DNA of 64,000 bases from Salinispira sp. (lineage in GTDB: Bacteria > Spirochaetota > Spirochaetia > DSM-27196 > Salinispiraceae), in contig OZ271918.1 of the NCBI GenBank assembly GCA_965602015.1, forward strand, positions 2,048,001 through 2,112,000. Direction: 5' to 3'. Position numbers and translations under genes: made by a program. Of the stretch, positions 9,408 through 17,828 are shown piece by piece. Each line of letters opens with the position of its first letter. Position 1 is the first letter of the stretch. Under the pieces are notes generated by a model that saw only the letters and a list, made by a program, of their open reading frames with translations, ran no database searches and was not told the DNA's origin.

Positions 9408-10214
9408 ATGTCAGTAGTTACCAGTCAACAAATTTCAAAATTATTCAACGCGTTTTCTCAGGAAGAAGTGCTCTTCAACAAGGATGTGAACCGGGCCCTT
9501 ATGCTCAACAGCAAAGGCGTTCATATCCGCTGCCTCGGGTATCAATGGCCCTGCATCGTGTACTCCAGCTCAATGACGGCGGCGAAGATCATCATAAATG
9601 TCAAAAGCCCGATCAAGCAGATTGTGGACAAGGCGAACCGTATGGTCAGCCTGAATTTCAGCTTTCTTACCAAGGACCGCACGAATCCGGTGAGCTTTTT
9701 TATGAAATCCAAGGTGGTCAGCTACTCACCGTATCATCCTGAGAAACCTGACCTCAATTTCATGACCCTGGAATTCGCCCACCGCCCGCCTGATGAGCTG
9801 ATTTATCGATTGGGAGAGCTATTGGAAGCCCAGACAAGGGCAAATGACCGGAAGGATGAACGAATCATCATCAATCCTGAGGTCCAACGCGTAATCAAGC
9901 TTGATTCCTCCGACCCGGTGAGCATAAAAATTGATAAGGTACCCCGAAAATGTATTCTCCGCGATCTTTCGTTCGGCGGAGCCAAGGTTATTATATTCGG
10001 AGTACCTCATTTTCTGGTAAATAAAAGCGCAGAGCTCACGCTCAGATTTGAAGACCCGGACCAGGCCGTGACCATTGCCGGCACGGTTCTCCGTTTTGAA
10101 GAAGTTCAGGGCAGGAAGGACCTGGCGGCCTTCGCCGTCAGCTTCGACGAAGAAAAACTGCCGACCGAGTATAAACTCCGTCTCAACAGCTACTTCAAAC
10201 TTCGCAAGAAATAA
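9408..10214 (+). CDS. plzA: PlzA-type c-di-GMP receptor (N-terminal PilZ-like domain plus C-terminal PilZ)
   Basis: RxxxR (RKDER) and DxSxGG (DLSFGG); spirochete-type N-terminal CIVYSSSM motif. Confidence 0.8.
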   Translation: MSVVTSQQISKLFNAFSQEEVLFNKDVNRALMLNSKGVHIRCLGYQWPCIVYSSSMTAAKIIINVKSPIKQIVDKANRMVSLNFSFLTKDRTNPVSFFMKSKVVSYSPYHPEKPDLNFMTLEFAHRPPDELIYRLGELLEAQTRANDRKDERIIINPEVQRVIKLDSSDPVSIKIDKVPRKCILRDLSFGGAKVIIFGVPHFLVNKSAELTLRFEDPDQAVTIAGTVLRFEEVQGRKDLAAFAVSFDEEKLPTEYKLRLNSYFKLRKK

Positions 10215-10237
10215 ACCGCATAACAGGATAGCCCATT

Positions 10238-11350
10238 ATGAACTCCCCCAGCCCCATAGATGATCTCATTTTCGTTTCCCTTCCCGAATCAATGCACAAG
10301 GAAATCGGCGGATTTGAGCTGGATCCGACCATAATGCTGCCCGTTGAGACCGGGGGAGTGGGCGGCGATCTCAATCTCGAGACCCTGAGCTGGGAAATGA
10401 TCATTTCAGGTATGCTGAAAATTCTCGCATGGGACCGGGAAAATGAGAATGCCGAGTATTACCGCAACTTTATTTTGGCGGTGAAACCCGAGATCATCGA
10501 TGAGCTCACCCAGTCGGGAATACTCAAGGCCCAAAACCGGGACTGGGATATTGCCGAAGAGGTGTTTTTAGCCCTCTCGGGACTTCAGCCGGGCAACCCC
10601 AGGGCAACCCTGAATCTGGCACTGATGTACGACCAGCGCTCGGAAGGGTACTCAGCCCTGGATAACAGCGAACTCGAGAAAGAGTATGCCGACAAGGCAT
10701 TCAGCGCATACATCAAGGCCCTCCAGGAAAAGCCCGAACTTCCCGAAACTCACATGTATGCCGGACACTTTTTTCTTCGTCAGCAGTCCTGGGGCCGGGC
10801 AAAAAAGGAATTCTCCCGCTTCCTGCAAATTAGCCGTGATGACCAAAAAAAAGCGGAAATTCAGAAAATCCTCGATCAGTTGAAGGGTAGTTCGGACCGG
10901 GACGCCCTGTTCAACGAGGCCTTTGATTTCATCCGTCTCGGCAAAGAAACCGAAGGCCTGGCAAAAATCGATGAATTTCTGGAAATCCAGGACGATGTGT
11001 GGAACGCCTGGTTTCTCAAGGGATGGGCCCTGAGAAGGCTGGAATGCTATCAGGAAGCCTACGATGCGTTTTCCGCAGCGAGAGCCCGGGGGGGGAACAG
11101 TCCAGATCTGTTAAATGAAACGGCGATCTGCGCGATGGAACTTGAGCGATACGAGGAAAGCGCCAGCCTTCTGGAACAGGCTCTTCAGGAGAGCCCCGGG
11201 GACATAAAGCTGCTTTCAAATTTGGGAATCTGTCAGATTAAAATGGGCAATCTGGATGAAGCCCAGGAGGCCTTCCTCAAGGTTTTGGATCTCGACGCTG
11301 AGGATCAGATAGCACTGCAGTATCTGGAGTTCATCGAAGAGCGCCTGTAA
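10238..11350 (+). CDS. Tetratricopeptide-repeat protein
   Basis: Multiple TPR units (AWFLKGWAL, LLSNLGICQIKMG). Confidence 0.85.
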   Translation: MNSPSPIDDLIFVSLPESMHKEIGGFELDPTIMLPVETGGVGGDLNLETLSWEMIISGMLKILAWDRENENAEYYRNFILAVKPEIIDELTQSGILKAQNRDWDIAEEVFLALSGLQPGNPRATLNLALMYDQRSEGYSALDNSELEKEYADKAFSAYIKALQEKPELPETHMYAGHFFLRQQSWGRAKKEFSRFLQISRDDQKKAEIQKILDQLKGSSDRDALFNEAFDFIRLGKETEGLAKIDEFLEIQDDVWNAWFLKGWALRRLECYQEAYDAFSAARARGGNSPDLLNETAICAMELERYEESASLLEQALQESPGDIKLLSNLGICQIKMGNLDEAQEAFLKVLDLDAEDQIALQYLEFIEERL

Positions 11351-11390
11351 TTTGCAGAAGCCCGCCCGGGCTCCGTACCTCATGCTCACA

Positions 11391-11417
11391 GCCGCTGCCT
11401 GCCGCAGCGGTTTTTTT
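11391..11417 (+). terminator. Intrinsic terminator after the TPR gene
   Basis: GCCGCTGC/GCAGCGGT stem followed by a T tract. Confidence 0.8.
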
Positions 11418-11438
11418 ATATTAATTACCCAAATCTGC

Positions 11439-11466
11439 TCAAGTTTTCCCGCGGGCACGCCGATGC
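11439..11466 (+). promoter_or_regulatory. sigma28 promoter upstream of flaB1
   Basis: TCAA-N16-GCCGATGC. Confidence 0.65.
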
Positions 11467-11756
11467 TCTGTAGTGGAAGAGTTGCGCTCCGGTTTTACCG
11501 GGGAGACCTTCCTTCCCCTTACTCTGAGTATCGGGATCCGGAATTTAACCTTTAGCAAAAAAAAAGTTTTTTTGCTGATTTTTTCGGGCTAAGCAAATCA
11601 ACGGTTCCGGGCAAGACATACCCCTGGCTGCGATGTGTAATGTGCATTTCACGGGATGTCTTACCCGGGTCCGGGTGAAGATTTCAGGATGCGGATATCT
11701 GTAAAAAGATGTACTCGCCCGCTTCCTGAAATTCGATCCCGGGTCTGAATAGCCGC

Positions 11757-11803
11757 ATCCGGGCATGGACGCCCGGGTAGTCAACCATCATCATCAAGGA
11801 GGA
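11757..11803 (+). promoter_or_regulatory. CsrA-type operator of flaB1
   Basis: ATCCGGGC-ATGGAC-GCCCGGGT hairpin with GGA in a hexaloop, plus AAGGA in the SD. Confidence 0.8.
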
Positions 11804-11807
11804 TGAG

Positions 11808-12668
11808 ATGATCATTAATCACAACCTTAGTGCCATGTTCGCCCAGCGTCAGAACGGCATTAACAACAACAACGTGACCAAGAACATGGAGAAGCTGAGC
11901 TCCGGTCTCCGGATTAACCGGGCCGGCGATGACGCTTCCGGTCTCGCTGTTTCCGAAAAGCTGCGCAGCCAGATCCGCGGTCTGCAGCAGGCAAGTGCCA
12001 ATGCCGCAAACGGCATCAGCTTCATTCAGACCACTGAAGGATATCTCCAGGAAACCCAGGATATTCTCCAGCGGATCCGTGAACTGTCCATCCAGTCTTC
12101 CAACGGTATTTACTCCACCGAAGACCGAATGCAGATTCAGGTTGAAGTAAGCCAGCTGATCGATGAAGTCGACCGGGTTGCAAGCCATGCCCAGTTCAAC
12201 GGCATGAACATGCTTACCGGCCGCTTCGCCCGTCCCGACGCAGCAGGGGCTCCCGTACAGGAAATGACCTTCCACATCGGAGCCAACATGGATCAGAGGG
12301 AGCAGGCCTTCATCGGTACCATGACCGCGGCGGCCCTGGGCCTCAAGGAACTTGGAACCGGCGACATCCTGACCATCAGCAATCCCGAATCCGCCAACGC
12401 GAACATCGGTGTTGTCGACACTGCCCTGCTTCGGGTAAACAAGCAGCGGGCAGACCTTGGCGCCTACCAGAACCGTCTGGAAATGGCCATCCAGGGAATC
12501 GACATCGGGGCTGAAAACCTGCAGGCCGCAGAAAGCCGGATCCGGGACGTCGACATGGCCAAGGAAATGGTCGAGTACACCAAGAACCAGATCCTGGTTC
12601 AGGCCTCGAACGCCATGCTCGCCCAGGCGAACATGAAAAACCAGTCAGTTCTCCAGCTTCTGGGCTAG
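11808..12668 (+). CDS. flaB: Flagellin core protein FlaB (here flaB1)
   Basis: MIINHNLSA...[20 protein letters not shown]...[12 protein letters not shown]...VLQLLG. Confidence 0.97.
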   Translation: MIINHNLSAMFAQRQNGINNNNVTKNMEKLSSGLRINRAGDDASGLAVSEKLRSQIRGLQQASANAANGISFIQTTEGYLQETQDILQRIRELSIQSSNGIYSTEDRMQIQVEVSQLIDEVDRVASHAQFNGMNMLTGRFARPDAAGAPVQEMTFHIGANMDQREQAFIGTMTAAALGLKELGTGDILTISNPESANANIGVVDTALLRVNKQRADLGAYQNRLEMAIQGIDIGAENLQAAESRIRDVDMAKEMVEYTKNQILVQASNAMLAQANMKNQSVLQLLG

Positions 12669-12690
12669 AGCAGCAGGAGAGCGTAGCGCT

Positions 12691-12780
12691 GGGGGGAAAC
12701 CCCGGTCTTACCGCAATGTGATACATCAGGTTTCCCCCGATTCAGGCCTGCAATCCGGTTCTTTCCGGAGCAGGCCTGAA
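12691..12780. repeat. Two strong inverted-repeat hairpins after flaB1
   Basis: GGGGGAAACC/GGTTTCCCCC and TTCAGGCCTGC/GCAGGCCTGAA; no U tail. Confidence 0.75.
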
Positions 12781-12833
12781 GTCGTATCTTATGGGTATTA
12801 GCGGTGGAGATTCTCTTGAATTGTCACCGGAGA

Positions 12834-12842
12834 TGATATACT
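12834..12842 (+). promoter_or_regulatory. Extended -10 sigma70 promoter candidate for flaB2
   Basis: TGaTATACT. Confidence 0.55.
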
Positions 12843-12867
12843 CTTAAGATGAGTAAGGAGCCGTTAA

Positions 12868-12895
12868 ATATCGGCACCTTTGCAATGATCTTTGA
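12868..12895 (-). promoter_or_regulatory. Antisense-oriented sigma28 promoter candidate
   Basis: Minus strand reads TCAA-N16-GCCGATAT. Confidence 0.55.
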
Positions 12896-13062
12896 CATAT
12901 TTATGCCCCTTTTTGAACTGCCTGACTAAAAAAATTCTGCTGTGAGCGGAGCGGTCTTCTGATTCCCTGCACAGTATTGCTTCCCGGGCCCCAGGCCCAA
13001 TCGTACGACACCAGTTGCGTCGAATCAGACAGGTCACTCCGCTGAAAACGGCCAGAACGGAG

Positions 13063-13145
13063 CAAAGCGCAAAGGACGGCGCTTTGATGTGCCGAGACAG
13101 CGGGTCCGAAGGCAAGGATTGCCTTCGAGAAGATATCAAGGAGGG
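13063..13145 (+). promoter_or_regulatory. CsrA-type operator of flaB2
   Basis: Hairpins CAAAGCGC-AAAGGACG-GCGCTTTG and CGAAGGCA-AGGAT-TGCCTTCG, plus AAGGA in the SD. Confidence 0.8.
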
Positions 13146-13148
13146 GTT

Positions 13149-14003
13149 ATGATAATTAACCACAACATGAGCGCAATGTACGCAAACCGTACATTGGGCG
13201 AGCGGGCACAGCAGACCCAGAGCTCGATTGAAAAACTGAGCTCCGGCGAGCGGATTACCCGCGCAGCGGACGACGCATCAGGTCTTGCGGTTTCCGAGAA
13301 ACTTCGCTCACAGATTCGAGGATTGAATCAGGCGAGCCGAAATATCGCCAACGCGGTATCCTTCATTCAGACCACTGAGGGCTATCTGCAGAATACCGGT
13401 GATATTCTCGGTCGAATTCGGGAACTCTCCGTTCAATCTGCAAACGGTATTTACACTGCTGAAGACCGGACGCAGATTCAGGTGGAAGTTTCCCAGCTGG
13501 TCGACGAAGTTAATCGTATCGCAAGCCATGCACAGTTCAACGGTATGAACATGCTCACCGGTGCATTCGCACAGGACAGCACCACTGGTCAGATTATGCA
13601 GTTCCACGTCGGAGCTAACATCGATCAGAACGAGCAGGTGTTCATCGGAACCATGACTGCTGACGCCCTCGGTCTTACCGACACTCAAGGCGGAACGGGA
13701 ATGATCAACATTTCCAATCCCGAAGCAGCCAATGCGGCAATCGGCACCGTCGATACCGCGTTGAACGTGATCAACAAGCAGCGCGCCGACCTGGGAGCCT
13801 ATCAGAACCGATTTGAAATGGCCCAGAAAGGTGTGGACATTGCTGCTGAAAATCTGCAGGCAGCTGAATCGAGGATTCGCGACGCCGACATGGCATCGCA
13901 AATGGTTGAGTTCACCAAGAACCAGATCCTCACCCAGGCGAATACCGCCATGCTGGCTCAGGCAAACATGCAGAGTCAGTCCGTTCTTCAGCTCCTCGGC
14001 TAA
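13149..14003 (+). CDS. flaB: Flagellin core protein FlaB (here flaB2)
   Basis: MIINHNMSA start at 13149 after SD AAGGAGG; conserved flagellin termini. Confidence 0.97.
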   Translation: MIINHNMSAMYANRTLGERAQQTQSSIEKLSSGERITRAADDASGLAVSEKLRSQIRGLNQASRNIANAVSFIQTTEGYLQNTGDILGRIRELSVQSANGIYTAEDRTQIQVEVSQLVDEVNRIASHAQFNGMNMLTGAFAQDSTTGQIMQFHVGANIDQNEQVFIGTMTADALGLTDTQGGTGMINISNPEAANAAIGTVDTALNVINKQRADLGAYQNRFEMAQKGVDIAAENLQAAESRIRDADMASQMVEFTKNQILTQANTAMLAQANMQSQSVLQLLG

Positions 14004-14104
14004 GTTCAGGCAGAACTCTCCGTTCACTCCGGGGAAGAAAATTCTGGACGTCTTTTCTTTCCCATCCACTCCTTCCCTCCCCGTCCGCGGGGAGGGAGGG
14101 TACT

Positions 14105-14124
14105 TTCTTACATGGAGGTAAGAA
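14105..14124 (+). promoter_or_regulatory. CsrA-type hairpin containing the flaG SD
   Basis: TTCTTAC-ATGGAG-GTAAGAA, ending 1 nt before the ATG. Confidence 0.7.
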
Positions 14125-14125
14125 T

Positions 14126-14590
14126 ATGTCATTCGACGTGAACAGCGTGGTCGGACAGGGAAGCATCCGCCCCGCGCAACAACAAACCCAATCTCAATCT
14201 GCCGACCGCCGGCGTCAGGAAGTGGCTCAGGCTGCCCAGCAAAGCAGACAGCGCTCTGAAAACAGGGATAGTCAGATTAGTGCCGAGACTCAGGCCAGAC
14301 AGGAGCGGGATGCAGCCATCAGGGCCCAGGAAAAGCAGGCCGTTGAACAGGCGAGCAGGGAAGATGTTGAGCGCGAAGTGCAGCAGGCACTGGCAGAGCT
14401 CAAAGACATCAATCTCACCTTCAACCACAAGCTCAAGTACACCATCGACAGGGATGAAAACGAGCTCATTGTAAAAGTCATCGATCCCGATACCGATGAA
14501 ATTATTAAGGAACTGCCGCCTTTAGCGATGCAGAAATTTCACAGCCGGCTTCAGGAGTTTATCGGCCTGCTGGTGGATGAAGAAGCCTGA
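14126..14590 (+). CDS. flaG: Flagellar protein FlaG
   Basis: C-terminal LIVKVIDPDTDEIIKELPP...GLLVDEEA; located between flagellin and fliD. Confidence 0.9.
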   Translation: MSFDVNSVVGQGSIRPAQQQTQSQSADRRRQEVAQAAQQSRQRSENRDSQISAETQARQERDAAIRAQEKQAVEQASREDVEREVQQALAELKDINLTFNHKLKYTIDRDENELIVKVIDPDTDEIIKELPPLAMQKFHSRLQEFIGLLVDEEA

Positions 14591-14779
14591 GCTGCACACC
14601 ATTTCCATTTCTCATCTCCTTTATGCCGTAACCTCCGGGTGTCAGTGGCATCTTCCAGTGCGAAGGCCGTCAACGTTTTTCTTCACAGCTCAACCCCGGC
14701 GGTTTTTTTGACGAAAAGTAAGTATATTTTGTGAAGTCATGATAAGTAAAAACGATCGGATACGACACGAGGATTAACG

Positions 14780-16801
14780 ATGTCTGATATTTCAATACCG
14801 GGCGTATCAAGCAGATTCAACACCGAGGCCATGGTTCAGGAGCTGGTTGAAGCGGAAAGCGTCCGCCTCGAGCGGATGCAGCGCGAACTCGAAGGCTTCG
14901 AAACCGAAAAACGGGTCTGGCAAGACCTGAATTCCGGGCTGAACAGTCTTCGACAGAGCGCCCGAACCTTATACAGTTTTGAAAACCCCTTTAATGAACG
15001 CAACGCCCTGTCCAGCGATGAAGCAGTACTGCGCGCCAGCGCAACCCGGGAGGCTTCAGAGGGGGTGACCGAAGTGAGGGTGCTCCAGGTGGCCCGGGCC
15101 GACCGTTTTATTTCAGATGATGTGGACCGGGAAATGCAGGTCGGCCAGGGAATTTACGAGTTTACCGTAGGGGATGACTCGGTGACTCTGCGATTCAGGG
15201 GCGGCAGCCTCAAGGAATTCTCCGATGCAATCAACCGGAGAAACCCCGAGATGCTGCGCTCTTCGGTTATAAATAACCGTCCGGGGAGCCAGGTGATTCT
15301 CATAGAAAGCCTTCGGGAAGGCGCGTCTAATCCCCTGGGTTTTGAGCAGGATGCCCGGGACCTGGCGCTGGAGCTCGGCTGGGTCGAGCGGACACCGGAC
15401 AGCAGCGCCTCCATAAATATTCAGGACACCCGGGTCAGCCAGTGGTCAAAACCTTTGGACAATCAGCCCCTCACCCGTGACGGAGAGATCCTGCAGTTGG
15501 GTCCCGGCGCTGAGCTTTCCCTGCCCTTCCCGTCACCAGTCCAAATTAGCGACGGAATGGTGTTGCGTTACGAAGTCCGCCTGACAACCAATGAAGCATA
15601 CCGTTTTACCCCTCCGGCAGCTCCTCCGGGACCCGGCACCCCGTCAACCGGTTCGGTAACCCTTCAGGACGTTACCCTGCCGGACCTGCCGAGCGCCGTC
15701 GATCTGCCGGAGGCCGGAGAACCCGAACCCCCGGAAATTGTGGAAGAAAACCAGCTTATTTACGCACTGAGCCGGAGCAACACCATTCCCCTGCCGGAAG
15801 TATCCGACAGCCTGAATTTTGTACCCGTTGAGGTTGATATTTCGGATCTGGCGGCCCGGCTAGACGCACTTAACATTCGAAACCCGAACAGCCTCAAAGA
15901 CCTGCAAATCCGGAACATCGAAGTACTCGACCCTAATGCACGGGGAGACCTTCGGCCGAAAAACGCCGTGAGTTCTGCCCGTGATGCCCTCCTGGAGGTT
16001 GAAGGTATACGAATAGAGCGGGAAAGCAACTCCATCGACGATGTAATTCCCGGAGTGACCATGGAACTTCGCCGGGAATCCGATGACGACATTGAAATCA
16101 CCGTTGAGCCCGACCGGGAGCTGGTCAAGGAATCACTCATAGAATGGGTCGCCCGATACAATCAGATAATTCGTGACGTGAACATTTACACCCGCAATAA
16201 CCCGGAAATCATCGATGAAATCGAATACTTCACCGATGACGAGCGGGAAACCTACACCGAGCGCCTGGGAATGTTTCAGGGAGATATTACCATGAACACC
16301 CTCAGAAGCCGGCTTCAGACTCTTACCATGAGCCCTTATGAAACCCGTGCCGGCAGTGATTTGACCCTTCTCGCCCAAATCGGCATCAGCACCAATGCCT
16401 CGGGAGGCTCGAGCGGCGTAAATGTCAGCCGTCTCAGGGGATATTTGGAAATAAACGAGGATATACTCGATAACGCCCTGGCCGAGAACTTTCTGGCTGT
16501 GAAGGACCTTTTTGGACGGGACAGCGACGGGGATCTGGTTATCGATGAGGGGGCGGCATTTGCGGTGGACAGCTTCGTTAATCCCTATGTACAGATCGGC
16601 GGTATACTGGCAAGCAGGACGAGCGGATACGACAGCAGAATAGCAGACATAAACGATGACATTTCAGATTATGAAGAATATCTGCAGGACTTTGAATCCG
16701 AGCAGCGTCGGCAGTTCGGAACCATGGAAGCGGCGATAAATTCGATGGAGCAGGCATCTCAAGGGCTTCAGGGACTAAACAACAACAATAACAACAACTG
16801 A
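14780..16801 (+). CDS. fliD: Flagellar filament cap protein FliD
   Basis: MSDISIPGV, VLQVARAD, SNSIDDVIPGVT, LAQIGIST, QFGTME. Confidence 0.92.
   Translation: MSDISIPGVSSRFNTEAMVQELVEAESVRLERMQRELEGFETEKRVWQDLNSGLNSLRQSARTLYSFENPFNERNALSSDEAVLRASATREASEGVTEVRVLQVARADRFISDDVDREMQVGQGIYEFTVGDDSVTLRFRGGSLKEFSDAINRRNPEMLRSSVINNRPGSQVILIESLREGASNPLGFEQDARDLALELGWVERTPDSSASINIQDTRVSQWSKPLDNQPLTRDGEILQLGPGAELSLPFPSPVQISDGMVLRYEVRLTTNEAYRFTPPAAPPGPGTPSTGSVTLQDVTLPDLPSAVDLPEAGEPEPPEIVEENQLIYALSRSNTIPLPEVSDSLNFVPVEVDISDLAARLDALNIRNPNSLKDLQIRNIEVLDPNARGDLRPKNAVSSARDALLEVEGIRIERESNSIDDVIPGVTMELRRESDDDIEITVEPDRELVKESLIEWVARYNQIIRDVNIYTRNNPEIIDEIEYFTDDERETYTERLGMFQGDITMNTLRSRLQTLTMSPYETRAGSDLTLLAQIGISTNASGGSSGVNVSRLRGYLEINEDILDNALAENFLAVKDLFGRDSDGDLVIDEGAAFAVDSFVNPYVQIGGILASRTSGYDSRIADINDDISDYEEYLQDFESEQRRQFGTMEAAINSMEQASQGLQGLNNNNNNN
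16778..16798 (+). repeat. AAC trinucleotide microsatellite encoding the poly-Asn end of FliD
   Basis: (AAC)3 AAT (AAC)3 immediately before the stop. Confidence 0.8.
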
Positions 16802-16857
16802 TTTTTCCCTCAAGAAAGCCGCCTTCCTCCCCGATAATCCGGTCTTCTAACTTTATC

Positions 16858-16884
16858 TCAAAATATGTCATTATATGCCGATAC
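16858..16884 (+). promoter_or_regulatory. sigma28 promoter
   Basis: TCAA-N15-GCCGATAC. Confidence 0.7.
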
Positions 16885-16907
16885 AATAGGTGAAAAGGGG
16901 GGGCGCC

Positions 16908-17828
16908 GTGCAAATTTTTCTGAACAGCGAACAGTTGGATGTAACCCTTGAAAACGAAGAGACCCTTGGCGAAGTCTATCATTCTCTCAATTCCTGGATA
17001 AACGAGGCGGGGCTCCACCCGCTTTCTCTCTCCGCCGACGGCCGGGCTCTTGAAATAAGCGACCCCGGCCAGTGGGAAAAAACTCCGATACAAGATACCG
17101 AGAATCTGGAAATTACTGCGGGAACCATAAACGCCGTCCGGGCGCAGCAGATCATGACAGCCCTGGATTATATCAATCTGCTGCTTCAGATGTTTCCCAG
17201 GATGCTGGACGGGGAGGAGCTCAACGCGGAGTTTCAGGCGGCGTTTTCCGAGTACCGTCATGTCAGGACCGCCCTGCCCCAAATAATGCAGATAAGCGAT
17301 GGCGGTTTTTCCGAAGATTTTTCCCTGCTCGACGCTGCGGCTGAAAAAACTGCCGCATCGCTGGGGAAGGACAGCCAGCCTGCCTCACCGGTTATCCGCG
17401 ATTTCTCCCAGCGCCTCGAACAGCTCCGTATTTTGCTGCTCGACCGGCTTCAGGAGTACAGCAATCCCGGTCAGGAACTTATCAGCATTTCCGGTCTGAT
17501 CGCCGGCATGCTCCCGTCCCTGGAAGAAGCGGGGATCGCCCTGCAAACCGGCAGGGAAAAAGAGGCGTACAATCTGGTGTTCAAAATTTCGGAAATGTGC
17601 GCCAAACTGGTTCGCGTAATCGATTGCCTGTCCATGGAGGATCCCCGTCAGACAGTCGCCGCAGTGAAAGAAGGAATCAGCAAACTCGGACAGACCATTG
17701 AGGAAATCAATAACAGTATCGCCGCAGGCGATATGGTGCTTCTTTCCGACCTTCTGGAATATGACTTACGGGAAAGCATGGAAGCTCTTATGCAGTCAAT
17801 TTCCGAAGCCCGATTGGGGGCAGAATGA
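16908..17828 (+). CDS. Hypothetical helical protein, flagellar-associated
   Basis: GTG start after a G7 SD; C-terminal GDMVLLSDLLEYDL motif; sigma28 promoter upstream. Confidence 0.75.
   Translation: MQIFLNSEQLDVTLENEETLGEVYHSLNSWINEAGLHPLSLSADGRALEISDPGQWEKTPIQDTENLEITAGTINAVRAQQIMTALDYINLLLQMFPRMLDGEELNAEFQAAFSEYRHVRTALPQIMQISDGGFSEDFSLLDAAAEKTAASLGKDSQPASPVIRDFSQRLEQLRILLLDRLQEYSNPGQELISISGLIAGMLPSLEEAGIALQTGREKEAYNLVFKISEMCAKLVRVIDCLSMEDPRQTVAAVKEGISKLGQTIEEINNSIAAGDMVLLSDLLEYDLRESMEALMQSISEARLGAE

Noticed and set aside
11590..11760. c-di-GMP-I riboswitch in the flaB1 leader
   Set aside because: No GNRA-capped P2 or GCAAA core recognised by eye; an Rfam scan is needed to exclude it fully
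12376..12726. 116-aa minus-strand ORF downstream of the antisense promoter
   Set aside because: Mostly antisense to flaB1, with shadow-ORF composition
12781..13009. Invertible promoter (Hin-like phase variation) explaining the reversed sigma28 motif
   Set aside because: Best flanking inverted repeat (GTCGTA...TGGG / CCCA...TACGAC) is short and imperfect, and no recombinase is present in the window
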